DNA of 64,000 bases from an uncultured Gemmatimonadales bacterium (GTDB taxonomy: Bacteria; Gemmatimonadota; Gemmatimonadetes; Gemmatimonadales; GWC2-71-9): the NCBI GenBank assembly GCA_963742755.1, contig CAVUMU010000010.1:141263-205262 (forward strand). Direction: 5' to 3'. The translations under genes and the position numbers were made by a program. The notes under the pieces are model-generated. The model was not told where the DNA came from and searched no databases. It was given only the letters and a program-made list of their open reading frames with translations. Shown in pieces: positions 50,809 to 59,274 of the stretch (positions are counted from its first letter, which is position 1; each line of letters starts with the position of its first letter).

Positions 50809-50843
50809 TGATACCGGGCGGGCATCGGTGCGGGCCCACATCC

Positions 50844-51203
50844 CTATTTCTGATCGGCGCTCTTGGCCAGCTCGGCGATCTTGGCAAAGGCGTCGATATC
50901 GTGGACCGCCAGGTCGGCCAGGACCTTCCGGTTGATCTCGACGCCTGCCTTCCGGAGCCCGGCCATGAGGCGACTGTAACTCATGCCCTGCATCCGCGCG
51001 GCGGCGTTGATGCGGGTGATCCAGAGCGCCCGGAACTCGCCCTTCTTCTTGCGGCGGTCGCGGTAGGCGTAGCGCATGGCGCGCTCGGCCGTCTCCTTGG
51101 CCGCCTTGTACAGCTTGCTCCGGCCGCCACGAGCACCCTTGGCGGCCTCCATGATCTTCTTTTTCCGGGCGTGGTGGGCGACGCCGTTCTTGACGCGGGG
51201 CAT
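50844..51203 (-). CDS. rplT: 50S ribosomal protein L20
   Basis: [34 protein letters not shown]. Confidence 0.98.
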   Translation of the reverse strand: MPRVKNGVAHHARKKKIMEAAKGARGGRSKLYKAAKETAERAMRYAYRDRRKKKGEFRALWITRINAAARMQGMSYSRLMAGLRKAGVEINRKVLADLAVHDIDAFAKIAELAKSADQK

Positions 51204-51212
51204 GAAATATCC

Positions 51213-51407
51213 TTAGGCCTGAAGGAGACGGCTGACGCGAGGGAAATCCGCCGAGCTGACGATATCGGGCTTCTTCAGCCGATTCTTCCGCTTGCGCGTC
51301 TTCTTGGTCAGGATATGGGTGTGATTGGCGTGCCAGCGCTTGAGCTTCCCGGTTCCGGTCTTCTTGAAGCGCTTCATAGCGGCACGCTTGGTCTTCATCT
51401 TCGGCAT
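51213..51407 (-). CDS. rpmI: 50S ribosomal protein L35
   Basis: [27 protein letters not shown]. Confidence 0.98.
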   Translation of the reverse strand: MPKMKTKRAAMKRFKKTGTGKLKRWHANHTHILTKKTRKRKNRLKKPDIVSSADFPRVSRLLQA

Positions 51408-51435
51408 TTTGAATCCTCGTCTCGCTACGCTCGTC

Positions 51436-51524
51436 TCGGGCGGTAGAGGCGGTAGGTGTCGTCCGCCGGTTCCGCCTCTTTTCTATCGCCGCTGTATGTA
51501 CCGCCAGGTCACCTACCGCCGGCT
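51436..51524. repeat. Inverted GGCGGTAGR / TACCGCC repeats between infC and rpmI
   Basis: ggcggtaga ggcggtagg ... taccgcc twice. Confidence 0.5.
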
Positions 51525-52046
51525 CTACTTCGGCGCGATGACCATCGTCATGTTGCGCCCTTCGAGCTTGGCATCGGACTCGATCTTTCCCACGTCTACC
51601 AGCGCCGCCGCCACCCGATCGAGCACTGCCTTGCCCAGCTCCAGATGGGCCATCTGCCGGCCCCGAAACATCATGGTCACCTTGACCTTGTTCCCGTCGC
51701 CCAGAAACTCCCGCGCATGGCGGGTCTTGAAGTCGAAATCGTGGTCATCGATTCCGGGGCGGTACTTCACTTCCTTGAGCTGGATGATGTGCTGCTTTTT
51801 CTTGGCCGCACGGGCGGCCTTGGCTTCCTCGAACTTGAACTTCCCGTAATCCATGATCTTGACCACGGGGGGCCGAGCCGTCGGCGCTACCTCCACGAGA
51901 TCCAATCCACGTTCCACGGCAGCCGCCAGGGCTTCCTCGATTGGCAGAACCCCAAGCTGCTCACCGGCGGCGGTGATGACACGCACCGGGCTGATCCGAA
52001 TCATGCGGTTTACGCGGATTCGTTTATCGCGATCGTTCGTGGCCAG
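51525..52046 (-). CDS. infC: Translation initiation factor IF-3, probable CTG start
   Basis: GGAGG-N6-CTG GCC ACG (LATNDRDKRIRVNRMIR); LDLVEVAP, PPVVKIMDYGK, KVKVTMMFRGR. Confidence 0.96.
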   Translation of the reverse strand: MATNDRDKRIRVNRMIRISPVRVITAAGEQLGVLPIEEALAAAVERGLDLVEVAPTARPPVVKIMDYGKFKFEEAKAARAAKKKQHIIQLKEVKYRPGIDDHDFDFKTRHAREFLGDGNKVKVTMMFRGRQMAHLELGKAVLDRVAAALVDVGKIESDAKLEGRNMTMVIAPK

Positions 52047-52222
52047 TTCGTGCCTCCAACGTGAGAACGAAAAAGGGCACCCGGCGATGACCGGATGCCC
52101 ACGACACGAAGGCCTCGGTGGCGAAAGCCACCCGATTCGCTTCGACGCCAGGACCCGGTTGCGCTGCGGCGTCGGGCCGGCAGGCTCAGGGTGGGGGAAC
52201 TCGATTCCCCGCTTTCACAAGG
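52047..52222 (-). promoter_or_regulatory. Structured 5' leader of infC-rpmI-rplT with a terminator hairpin (L20-leader-like)
   Basis: Hairpins GGGGAA/TTCCCC, CGACGCC/GGCGTCG, GGTGGC/GCCACC, then GGGCATCCGG/CCGGGTGCCC plus TTTTT (52070-52100). Confidence 0.6.
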
Positions 52223-52227
52223 TGCGG

Positions 52228-52256
52228 AAGGTAGTCAGCGCCGACCCAAGTGTCAA
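52228..52256 (-). promoter_or_regulatory. Sigma70-type promoter for the infC operon
   Basis: TTGACA-17 bp-TACCTT; the -35 box overlaps the upstream gene's TGA. Confidence 0.75.
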
Positions 52257-53173
52257 CCAGAAGCCATGTTGGCCGGCTCGGCCGCAGGCGTCACATCGCG
52301 CAGCACCACACCCTTTCCTTCCCGGACCGGCGTCCCCATCGCCACCCTCGGATCGTGCTCGAAGATCAGGCGCCAGCCGCCGGCAACGGCTTCCTCCAGG
52401 ATCGTCCGCTTGCTCTCCAGAGTACGGAGCGGCTCCAGGTCATAGCCCATGATCCAGGGCAGCGGCAAGTGCGCCGTGGTGGGAAAGAGGTCGCCCACAA
52501 AGAGCGCGGTCTCGCCCCGGTCTCTCAGCAGTACCCCCTGGTGAAACGGCACATGACCGGGCGTCAGCCGTACCGAGATTCCCGGGAGCACCTCGGCATC
52601 TCCATCCAGCAGGCGCCAGCGGTTGGCCGCCGCAATCGGCTCGAAGTTGTGCGGCAGATAGCTCGCCCGAGTGCGCTCGTTGGTATGGCGGGCGAACTCG
52701 AGCTCGCCGCGCTGCACGACGTAGGTGGCGTTGGAGAAGGTCGGCCGGACGTGGCGCCGGGGATCGTTCTCCAGATCCGGATCCATGGTGGTGTTGCCGC
52801 CGGCATGATCGAAGTGGAGATGGGTGTTGATGACCCACTTCACGTCGCGCGGCAGGAAGCCGGCGGACGCCAGTGCGTCCTCCAGCTGGGTAGCGCCTTC
52901 GAGCCCCTGGTTTTCCACTCCGTAGATGTCGAGGAATTTCGCGTCTTCCTTGTTGCCGAGCGCGGTATCGATCAACACCAGGCCATCGTCATGCTCAACC
53001 AGCACGCAGCGCATGGCCAGCGGGATCCGGTTGCGCTCGTCGGGCTCGATCCGGGTCTGCCACAGCATCCGCGGCACCACGCCGAACATGGCACCCCCGT
53101 CGAGATGCTGAAGCCCGCCCTCCAACGTGTGGCAACTGAGCCCACCGACCTTGAACGAGCGAAGCAGCGTCAC
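52253..53173 (-). CDS. MBL-fold metallo-hydrolase (YtnP-like)
   Basis: LDGGAMFGVVP, THLHFDHAGG, TPGH, GDL, MGYD, FEHDP. Confidence 0.9.
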   Translation of the reverse strand: MTLLRSFKVGGLSCHTLEGGLQHLDGGAMFGVVPRMLWQTRIEPDERNRIPLAMRCVLVEHDDGLVLIDTALGNKEDAKFLDIYGVENQGLEGATQLEDALASAGFLPRDVKWVINTHLHFDHAGGNTTMDPDLENDPRRHVRPTFSNATYVVQRGELEFARHTNERTRASYLPHNFEPIAAANRWRLLDGDAEVLPGISVRLTPGHVPFHQGVLLRDRGETALFVGDLFPTTAHLPLPWIMGYDLEPLRTLESKRTILEEAVAGGWRLIFEHDPRVAMGTPVREGKGVVLRDVTPAAEPANMASG

Positions 53174-54048
53174 GTCAATTCCTCCTGGCACGAGTCGGCC
53201 CGCGGCGGGGTCGGCATGGCGGATCGCTTTCGGCGGCGGCCCCGGCGGTAGCGCCGCGCCTCGATAACCATCAGATCCTGGAGCGTGCGGGCTCCCTCCT
53301 CGCGTGCGAGGGAGAGCAAACGGGCGAGCAGCTCCGCCGTCACCAGCGCATCCCCACCCGCCCGGTGCCGGGCCTCGTTGCGGAATCCAAAGAAGCGGCA
53401 GAGGTTGTCCAAGCCGCAGGAGCGCACGCCCTTAACCAGCCGACGCGCCAGGCGTACGGTACAGAACCGGGTGCCATCCAACGTGAGAGCGCGGGACCGG
53501 CGCAACTCGGCGCTGACGAAGTTCCAGTCGAACCTGGCGTTGTGGGCCACGAACACCCGGCCGGCGAGCGCGGCGAGCAGGCGCTCGGCAACATCACAGA
53601 ACCGCGGCGCATTCCGCACCATCTCGTTGGTGATGTTGGTGATGGCGCAAACCGCGCGAGGGATCGGCCGCTCGGGATTGACCAGCGTTTCGAACACGAT
53701 CTCGCGGCGCTCGCCGTGCACCACGGCAACCGCGATCTCCGTGATGCGGTCCCCGTAGCCGGACCGGACGCCGGTGGTCTCCACGTCCACCACGGCAAAG
53801 GAGCAGTCGTCCAGCAGCGGCGAGCCCTGGGCCTCCGGCACCAGCCCCCAGCGGCCGTCCTGCAGCTGCCGCACTCTCGGATCGGCTCCCAGCAGGGCGA
53901 TGGCGACGCGGTCGCATATCGCCGCGGGGGCTCCGAGAAGACCGAGAACATCCTGACACAGGGTCGAGGGCGTACGTGGCCCGAGGCGAAGCTGCGCCAT
54001 CACCCGCTCCAGCAGGGTGCTGTCGGGATACGCCGACGCGCCGATCAC
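53170..54048 (-). CDS. DEDDh 3'-5' exonuclease (DnaQ-like) with an extra N-terminal domain
   Basis: VVDVETTG, VAHNARFD, HRAGGDA. Confidence 0.9.
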   Translation of the reverse strand: MIGASAYPDSTLLERVMAQLRLGPRTPSTLCQDVLGLLGAPAAICDRVAIALLGADPRVRQLQDGRWGLVPEAQGSPLLDDCSFAVVDVETTGVRSGYGDRITEIAVAVVHGERREIVFETLVNPERPIPRAVCAITNITNEMVRNAPRFCDVAERLLAALAGRVFVAHNARFDWNFVSAELRRSRALTLDGTRFCTVRLARRLVKGVRSCGLDNLCRFFGFRNEARHRAGGDALVTAELLARLLSLAREEGARTLQDLMVIEARRYRRGRRRKRSAMPTPPRADSCQEELT

Positions 54049-55274
54049 AGTGCGGCCCGGCGGAGCGGGAGCGACATGCAGCGGGGGCCGCCTCCGCCCC
54101 GCGCCAGCTCGCTCCCCTCGATGGTGATCACCGTACGGTGCTTCGCGTCGGTCCAGTCATCGAACGCCAGGAAGTTCACGGCGGGCACCACCCGGAAGCC
54201 AACATTGGTCAGCTCGCAGAGGGTCGCGTCGTTCCGGCGGTAGCTCACCACCGTCCCGGGGCGGACCGCCACGAAGTTGCAGGCCGAGCTCCACTGCTCC
54301 CGCTCCTGGTTGATGCGCCGCTCGCCCCCGGCGAAAACCGGCTCCAGTGGCAGGTTCACCGCGCGCAGTGCGGCAAAGAAGTCGGGCATCTCACGCACGC
54401 CATCGGTTCCCTTTCGACGGTGCAGCACCGGCAGCCGCTCGGGCCCCACGAAAAACGGGGGATAGACCACGCACAGCTCGTGGTCAACCTGAGAGAAGAT
54501 CATATCCAGATGGATCGCGGCCGGTGCCTTCGGCATCACCACCACCAGCACGTCGGTGACCAATCCACGGTCGAAGACGGTCTCGCACAGCTGATCCAGC
54601 GCAGCCGGGGAGGTCCGCTCACTGAAACCCACGACCAGGAGGTCCGGACGCAGGTAATGGACGTCGCCACCCTCCAGAGTGTAGTTGCTGCGTCGCTCCT
54701 CCGACCCGTCGTACAGCATGCCGGCGTTGGCGAGCTCGGGATGAAACCGGAACAGCGCGTTGATCAGCAGCTCCTCGGTCCAGCGCACCCCGTGCCGCAT
54801 GGCCCCAACCACGACGTGCTCGCCGATGACCATGCCGATATCCCGGGGGAAGAACAGATTCGGGAGCGGGGGAAAGGCGAACCCGACCTCGTTGAGCGCC
54901 CGCGAGATCGGTCCGCTCTCTTCCTCGGTGCCCTCTATCAGCATGTTCACGATCTCTTCGGCCGGCAGCCCGGTGAGGCGCTGCGCCAGGGCATCCGAGG
55001 GCACCACATCCATCGTCTTGGTGATGAGGTAATCGCGCGCCTCCGCCTGCTGCAGGATCTCGCCAAGTAAGTCGCGCACCTGGAGCACCCGCGCAAAGCG
55101 CTTGAGCACCGAGACGAACTGGCGGTGCTCCCGCTGGGCTATCTCCAGATCGATGATGTCGTCGTAGAGATAATCGGCCCGGTTGCCGGGCGTCACCGCC
55201 TCGAGCTCGCGCCCCGGGGTGTGCACCAGCACGGACTGCAACACACCGATTTCAGAGGTGACATGAACAGACAT
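54045..55274 (-). CDS. arcA: Arginine deiminase
   Basis: SEIGVL, LYDDI, PNLFFPRD, LEGGD, HLD, ELARGGGGPRCMS. Confidence 0.92.
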   Translation of the reverse strand: MSVHVTSEIGVLQSVLVHTPGRELEAVTPGNRADYLYDDIIDLEIAQREHRQFVSVLKRFARVLQVRDLLGEILQQAEARDYLITKTMDVVPSDALAQRLTGLPAEEIVNMLIEGTEEESGPISRALNEVGFAFPPLPNLFFPRDIGMVIGEHVVVGAMRHGVRWTEELLINALFRFHPELANAGMLYDGSEERRSNYTLEGGDVHYLRPDLLVVGFSERTSPAALDQLCETVFDRGLVTDVLVVVMPKAPAAIHLDMIFSQVDHELCVVYPPFFVGPERLPVLHRRKGTDGVREMPDFFAALRAVNLPLEPVFAGGERRINQEREQWSSACNFVAVRPGTVVSYRRNDATLCELTNVGFRVVPAVNFLAFDDWTDAKHRTVITIEGSELARGGGGPRCMSLPLRRAAL

Positions 55275-55289
55275 ACAACAAACTAGTTG

Positions 55290-55417
55290 AAGGACGGGAA
55301 GGACGGGAAGGATGGGAAAGATGGGAAGGACCCTAAATATGATTCTCCTCCCGTAGTAGGTCCTCGCTACGCTCGGGATGAGGGGCCTGTTCCCCGCTCT
55401 CTCCTACCCGCCCTTCC
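55290..55417. repeat. 9-mer AAGGAYGGG array, REP-like half site and a degenerate inverted partner
   Basis: aaggacggg aaggacggg aaggatggg aaagatggg aaggac; gtcctcgctacgctcgggatga; pyrimidine-rich distal arm. Confidence 0.65.
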
Positions 55418-56038
55418 CTACCTGTTTGCCAGCGCGTAGCTCAGGGTCTCCAACTCGAGCGCCAGGTTCACCGTCTTTACCACCACGTCATCGGGAACGG
55501 CGAGCTGGACCGGAGCGAAATTGAGAATGGCTTTGACCCGGAGTGCGACGAGGCGGTCAGTAACAGCCTGGGCGACCTCGCCGGGGATCACCAGCACCGC
55601 CATGTCGAGTGGCTGGCGGCTGACCTCCTTCTCCAGCGTCGCGATGTCCTGCACCGTCAGCCCGTTCCACTGGCTCCCGATCTTGGATGCATCGCTGTCG
55701 AAGATGGCCACGATGTCGAACCCGCGCTGCTTGAATCCGCGATACTGCACCAACGCGCTGCCGATCTTCCCTGCCCCGATCATCCCTACCCGGTAGCGCC
55801 GCTTCAATCCCAGAATTTCTCGCATCCGGTCGGCGAGCTCGGGAACGGGATAGCCGAGGCCCCGCTTGCCGAAGGAGCCGAAGAACGAGAGGTCCTTGCG
55901 CACCTGCGCCGAGGTGGTGCCGCCCCGCGACGCCAGGGCACCGGAGCTGACGGTGTCGATGCCTTGGCCTTCGAATTCTTCGAGAAAACGGAGGTAGAGC
56001 GAGAGGCGGCGAACGGTAGACTCGGCGACTTTGCGCAT
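55418..56038 (-). CDS. rex: Redox-sensing transcriptional repressor Rex
   Basis: TVRRLSLY, QVRKDLSFFGSFGKRGLGY, GAGKIG, ILNFAP. Confidence 0.96.
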   Translation of the reverse strand: MRKVAESTVRRLSLYLRFLEEFEGQGIDTVSSGALASRGGTTSAQVRKDLSFFGSFGKRGLGYPVPELADRMREILGLKRRYRVGMIGAGKIGSALVQYRGFKQRGFDIVAIFDSDASKIGSQWNGLTVQDIATLEKEVSRQPLDMAVLVIPGEVAQAVTDRLVALRVKAILNFAPVQLAVPDDVVVKTVNLALELETLSYALANR

Positions 56039-56050
56039 TCACCCTGATTT

Positions 56051-56068
56051 ATGTGAAATGTTTCACAA
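56051..56068. promoter_or_regulatory. Rex operator upstream of rex
   Basis: Minus strand TTGTGAA-ACAT-TTCACAT, one mismatch from TTGTGAA-N4-TTCACAA, 12 bp before the ATG. Confidence 0.85.
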
Positions 56069-56070
56069 AG

Positions 56071-56874
56071 CTACCGCATGCTCCACCCCCCGTCAACGAG
56101 CGCTCGATGCAGCTCCACGAAAGCCCCGGGGCTCAACACCTCGGGGCGTACCGTCTCAGGAATGCCGGCGCTGGCCAACAGCTCAGCCGCTCGCGCCGCG
56201 TCCCAGCCGGTGAATTCCCGGAGCCCGCGCAGCATCTGCTTCCGGCGGAAGCCAAAGAGACCGACCACCAGAACCCGGAAGCTTTCGCGCTGGTCATCGG
56301 AAATGAGCGGCACACTTAAGGGCGTGAGACGAAGGACGGCGGAATCCACCTGCGGCCGGGGCTTGAACGCCCCCGCGGCGACGGTAAACAGCCGTTCCGC
56401 GCGAGCCACGGCCTGTACCCCGATAGTGAGCGCTCCGTACTCGGGGGTGCCGGAAGCGGCGGTAACCCGGTCGGCGACCTCCTTCTGGACCAAAAACACG
56501 ATCCGGCGGGGACGTGGCGGCATCAGCGCTTTGTCGATCAGAGGAGAGGTGATGTTGTAGGGGATGTTACCGGCGACGAGGAGTCCGGTCTCGCCCAAAT
56601 CCGGGAGGGTATGCCAATCGAGCTCGAGCGCGTCGCCCTCGATCAGCTCCAGGCTGGGGAACCGCGACTTCAGCGGCGGGATCAGGTCCCGATCCTTCTC
56701 GATGGCGATCACCCGGCCGGCACGCTCCAGGAGTGGAGCGGTCAGTCCCCCCATGCCGGGGCCGACCTCCAGCACGACATCCTGAGGACCTGCCTCGAGT
56801 GCATCGGCGATGCGCGCCAGCAGCCTGGGATCGGTGAGAAAATGCTGTCCCAGCCGGCGCTTCGCATGCGCCAC
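56071..56874 (-). CDS. rsmA: 16S rRNA m6,2A1518/1519 dimethyltransferase
   Basis: KRRLGQHFL, LEVGPGMG, GNIPYNIT, QKEVADR, PQVDSA, RRKQM. Confidence 0.96.
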   Translation of the reverse strand: MAHAKRRLGQHFLTDPRLLARIADALEAGPQDVVLEVGPGMGGLTAPLLERAGRVIAIEKDRDLIPPLKSRFPSLELIEGDALELDWHTLPDLGETGLLVAGNIPYNITSPLIDKALMPPRPRRIVFLVQKEVADRVTAASGTPEYGALTIGVQAVARAERLFTVAAGAFKPRPQVDSAVLRLTPLSVPLISDDQRESFRVLVVGLFGFRRKQMLRGLREFTGWDAARAAELLASAGIPETVRPEVLSPGAFVELHRALVDGGWSMR

Positions 56875-56876
56875 GG

Positions 56877-58403
56877 CTAGATCCGAAGAACCAGGAGCGT
56901 GCGGTCGTCGGTGGGACGGGAGCCGAAGGCCTCAGCGTCCTTCAAGACCTCGCTTACAATCTTTTCGGGGGATTCTCGCCGCAGCTTGCCGACGCAGTCC
57001 AGCAGACGCTGTTCACCGAACGGCTCCCCCGATTCGTTGCGCGCGTCCACCAGCCCGTCGGTCCAGAGCACCAGGAGATCGTCACCGAATGACCATGGCA
57101 GTTGCCGGCGCTGAATGCTGGCGGCGGTGGCGAGGCCGAGCGGCGGCGCCGTGGCGTCGAGCCGCTCGGGTGGGCCGGCGTCGGGTACCCGGAAGGCATG
57201 GGGGTGGCCGGCGCTGGCGTAGATCAGTTCCCGGGCAACTGGATCGAGCATGCCGTAAAACACACTGAAGTGCATCTCGGTGCGGGCGAGCTCGCTGGAC
57301 AGGCTCTCGAGCAGCGCGGTAAGCGTCTCGTCGGGGGTCGTCGAGGTAGCCGCGTGGATGCCGGCCGCTGACATCACCAGGGCCATGACCAGCGCGGCCG
57401 AGAATCCGTGTGAGGCCACGTCGCCCAACATCACTCCCACTTTTCCCCGGCCCAGGCGACTGAAGGTATAGAAGTCGCCGCCAACCGAGTCGGCCGGCAG
57501 GCATCGGGCCGCCACCTCGGCGTCACCCTGGAGCACAGCCGGTGATGGCAGGAGCTTGAGCTGGAGATCGTGGGCCAGCTCCAGCTCTCGTTGCAGCCGC
57601 TGCTGCTGGGTATCCCGTTCGATCAGCCGGGCGTTCTCCACCGCAGCCCCAATCTGGTTCGCCACGGCGCCCACCAGCTTCCGGTCGTCGTGGGTGAAGC
57701 GGTCACCCCCGATGCGGTCGGTGAGGTTCATGACCCCGACGCAGCGAATCGGGGTCCCGGGCGTGGCATAGGTGATCGGTACGCTGAGGAAGGAGTTGCC
57801 CCGGTAACCCCGGGCCCCGCCGCATTCTGACGGAACCGAGTCCGGATCCTCCGGGTCGAAGGTGACCGTTCGCTGCTCGCGGTAGACCCGCGCGGCGATC
57901 GAGCAGTCGTCCTCCACCGGCACCGGGTTCAACCCTTCCGGCGTGAAGCCACGCGCCGCGACGGTACGGAGGGTGCCAGTGGTCTCGTCGAACACCATGA
58001 TCGAAGCACGGCGGGCGCCAACTACCGCGCTGACCTCCCGGACGATGATCTGGGCCGCCTCCTCCAGCCGCACCGTGCGACCGAGAATCTCGCTGATCGC
58101 GTACAGCAGCTCGATCTCCTCATAGCGCCCGGCCAGTTCCTCGGCCACATGGGCACGCTGACGCTCCGACTCCAGCAACGCGGTGACCAGCGACAGCACC
58201 CTGGGCGCGGCCGCCCGCAGATCCTGCTGGTGCTGTCCGGCCACCTCCAGCCACATTCCGCCGGCACCGCTCACGGGCTCGAGCCAGGCCACGCCACCAG
58301 GGGTGGGCGTCAGGCCGGGGCGCACCGGCCGCGCGAGCGACCAACCCGGATCATCCCCAGCGACACGGAGCAGCGCGGGTCCATCCGAGCGCCACAGGCG
58401 CAC
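56877..58403 (-). CDS. GAF plus PP2C/SpoIIE phosphatase (RsbU-like)
   Basis: GAF (SFLSVPI..GVMNL..AANQ-like helix VANQIGAAVENARL); VGGDFY, GDVASHG, SAGHP, TDGLVD, DDRT. Confidence 0.9.
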   Translation of the reverse strand: MRLWRSDGPALLRVAGDDPGWSLARPVRPGLTPTPGGVAWLEPVSGAGGMWLEVAGQHQQDLRAAAPRVLSLVTALLESERQRAHVAEELAGRYEEIELLYAISEILGRTVRLEEAAQIIVREVSAVVGARRASIMVFDETTGTLRTVAARGFTPEGLNPVPVEDDCSIAARVYREQRTVTFDPEDPDSVPSECGGARGYRGNSFLSVPITYATPGTPIRCVGVMNLTDRIGGDRFTHDDRKLVGAVANQIGAAVENARLIERDTQQQRLQRELELAHDLQLKLLPSPAVLQGDAEVAARCLPADSVGGDFYTFSRLGRGKVGVMLGDVASHGFSAALVMALVMSAAGIHAATSTTPDETLTALLESLSSELARTEMHFSVFYGMLDPVARELIYASAGHPHAFRVPDAGPPERLDATAPPLGLATAASIQRRQLPWSFGDDLLVLWTDGLVDARNESGEPFGEQRLLDCVGKLRRESPEKIVSEVLKDAEAFGSRPTDDRTLLVLRI

Positions 58404-58453
58404 CCGTCCTTGAACGAGAGCTCCGAGGCCATCGAGCAGGTGGTCGAGCCGCC

Positions 58454-58918
58454 CTACGGGCGGCGCAGTATCATGCAGATGGAGTTCCCTTGCTCGTTGA
58501 ATTGGACCACGTCCACGAGCTTGCGGATGAGATAGAGGCCACGTCCCCTGGCCTCGTCGAGCTGCTCTGGCCTGAGCGGCTCGGGTACCGCTCCGGGATC
58601 GAATCCGGGCCCTTCATCGGTGACGGAGACCCGAATCGCCTCGGGGACCAGCTCGGCGCGCACCTCGACCCACTTGGTGTGATCCTCGCCGTTTCCGCGC
58701 ATGATCGCGTTGCTCAGAGCCTCGGACAGCACCACTCGAAGGCGGAACCGAATCGTCCTGGTGGAGTCATGGCCGGCCAGGCAGTGGCGGGTGACGAGCT
58801 CAACCGCCTCCTCGATGCAGTTCACATCGCTGGGCAGGCGGAGGGTGACCAAGGTTGCCGAGCCACGCGCCTCTGAGGCCGAGGTGCGGCGGACGCAGAG
58901 GCGGAGCGGCGAGGTCAT
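58454..58918 (-). CDS. Anti-sigma factor Ser kinase (RsbW/SpoIIAB-like)
   Basis: [22 protein letters not shown]. Confidence 0.9.
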   Translation of the reverse strand: MTSPLRLCVRRTSASEARGSATLVTLRLPSDVNCIEEAVELVTRHCLAGHDSTRTIRFRLRVVLSEALSNAIMRGNGEDHTKWVEVRAELVPEAIRVSVTDEGPGFDPGAVPEPLRPEQLDEARGRGLYLIRKLVDVVQFNEQGNSICMILRRP

Positions 58919-58927
58919 GGGGTCGGG

Positions 58928-59263
58928 CTAGAAACTGGTGAGGGCCTGCTCAGGCGTCTCGGTGATGGCGAAGAGGGTGTCAAGCTTGGTCAGCTCGAAC
59001 AGGGAGCGGAGGTCGTCGTTCAGTCCCGAGAGCCGGAGCTCGCCGCCCACTTCACGAACCCGTTTGGAGATCGAAACCAGAGCCCCGAGGCCAGAGGAGT
59101 CGATGTACCCGGTACGGGAAAAGTCGACCAGCAGGCGACGCTCACCCTTTTCCAGCGCTGCCTGCACCAGATCCTTGAGCTCGTGCCGATTGCCAACGAT
59201 GAGCTGTCCCTCCACCTGCACTACCACCACCCCGCCTGAGCCTTTGGTCTGACTGAAGCCCAT
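58928..59263 (-). CDS. STAS anti-anti-sigma factor (RsbV/SpoIIAA-like)
   Basis: [29 protein letters not shown]. Confidence 0.92.
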   Translation of the reverse strand: MGFSQTKGSGGVVVVQVEGQLIVGNRHELKDLVQAALEKGERRLLVDFSRTGYIDSSGLGALVSISKRVREVGGELRLSGLNDDLRSLFELTKLDTLFAITETPEQALTSF

Positions 59264-59274
59264 GAATCACTCCC

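Noticed and set aside
52100..52222. 6S RNA or SRP RNA upstream of infC
   Set aside because: I see local hairpins, not one long rod with a central bubble, and no SRP GGAA-loop/AGCAG motif; a cis-leader fits better
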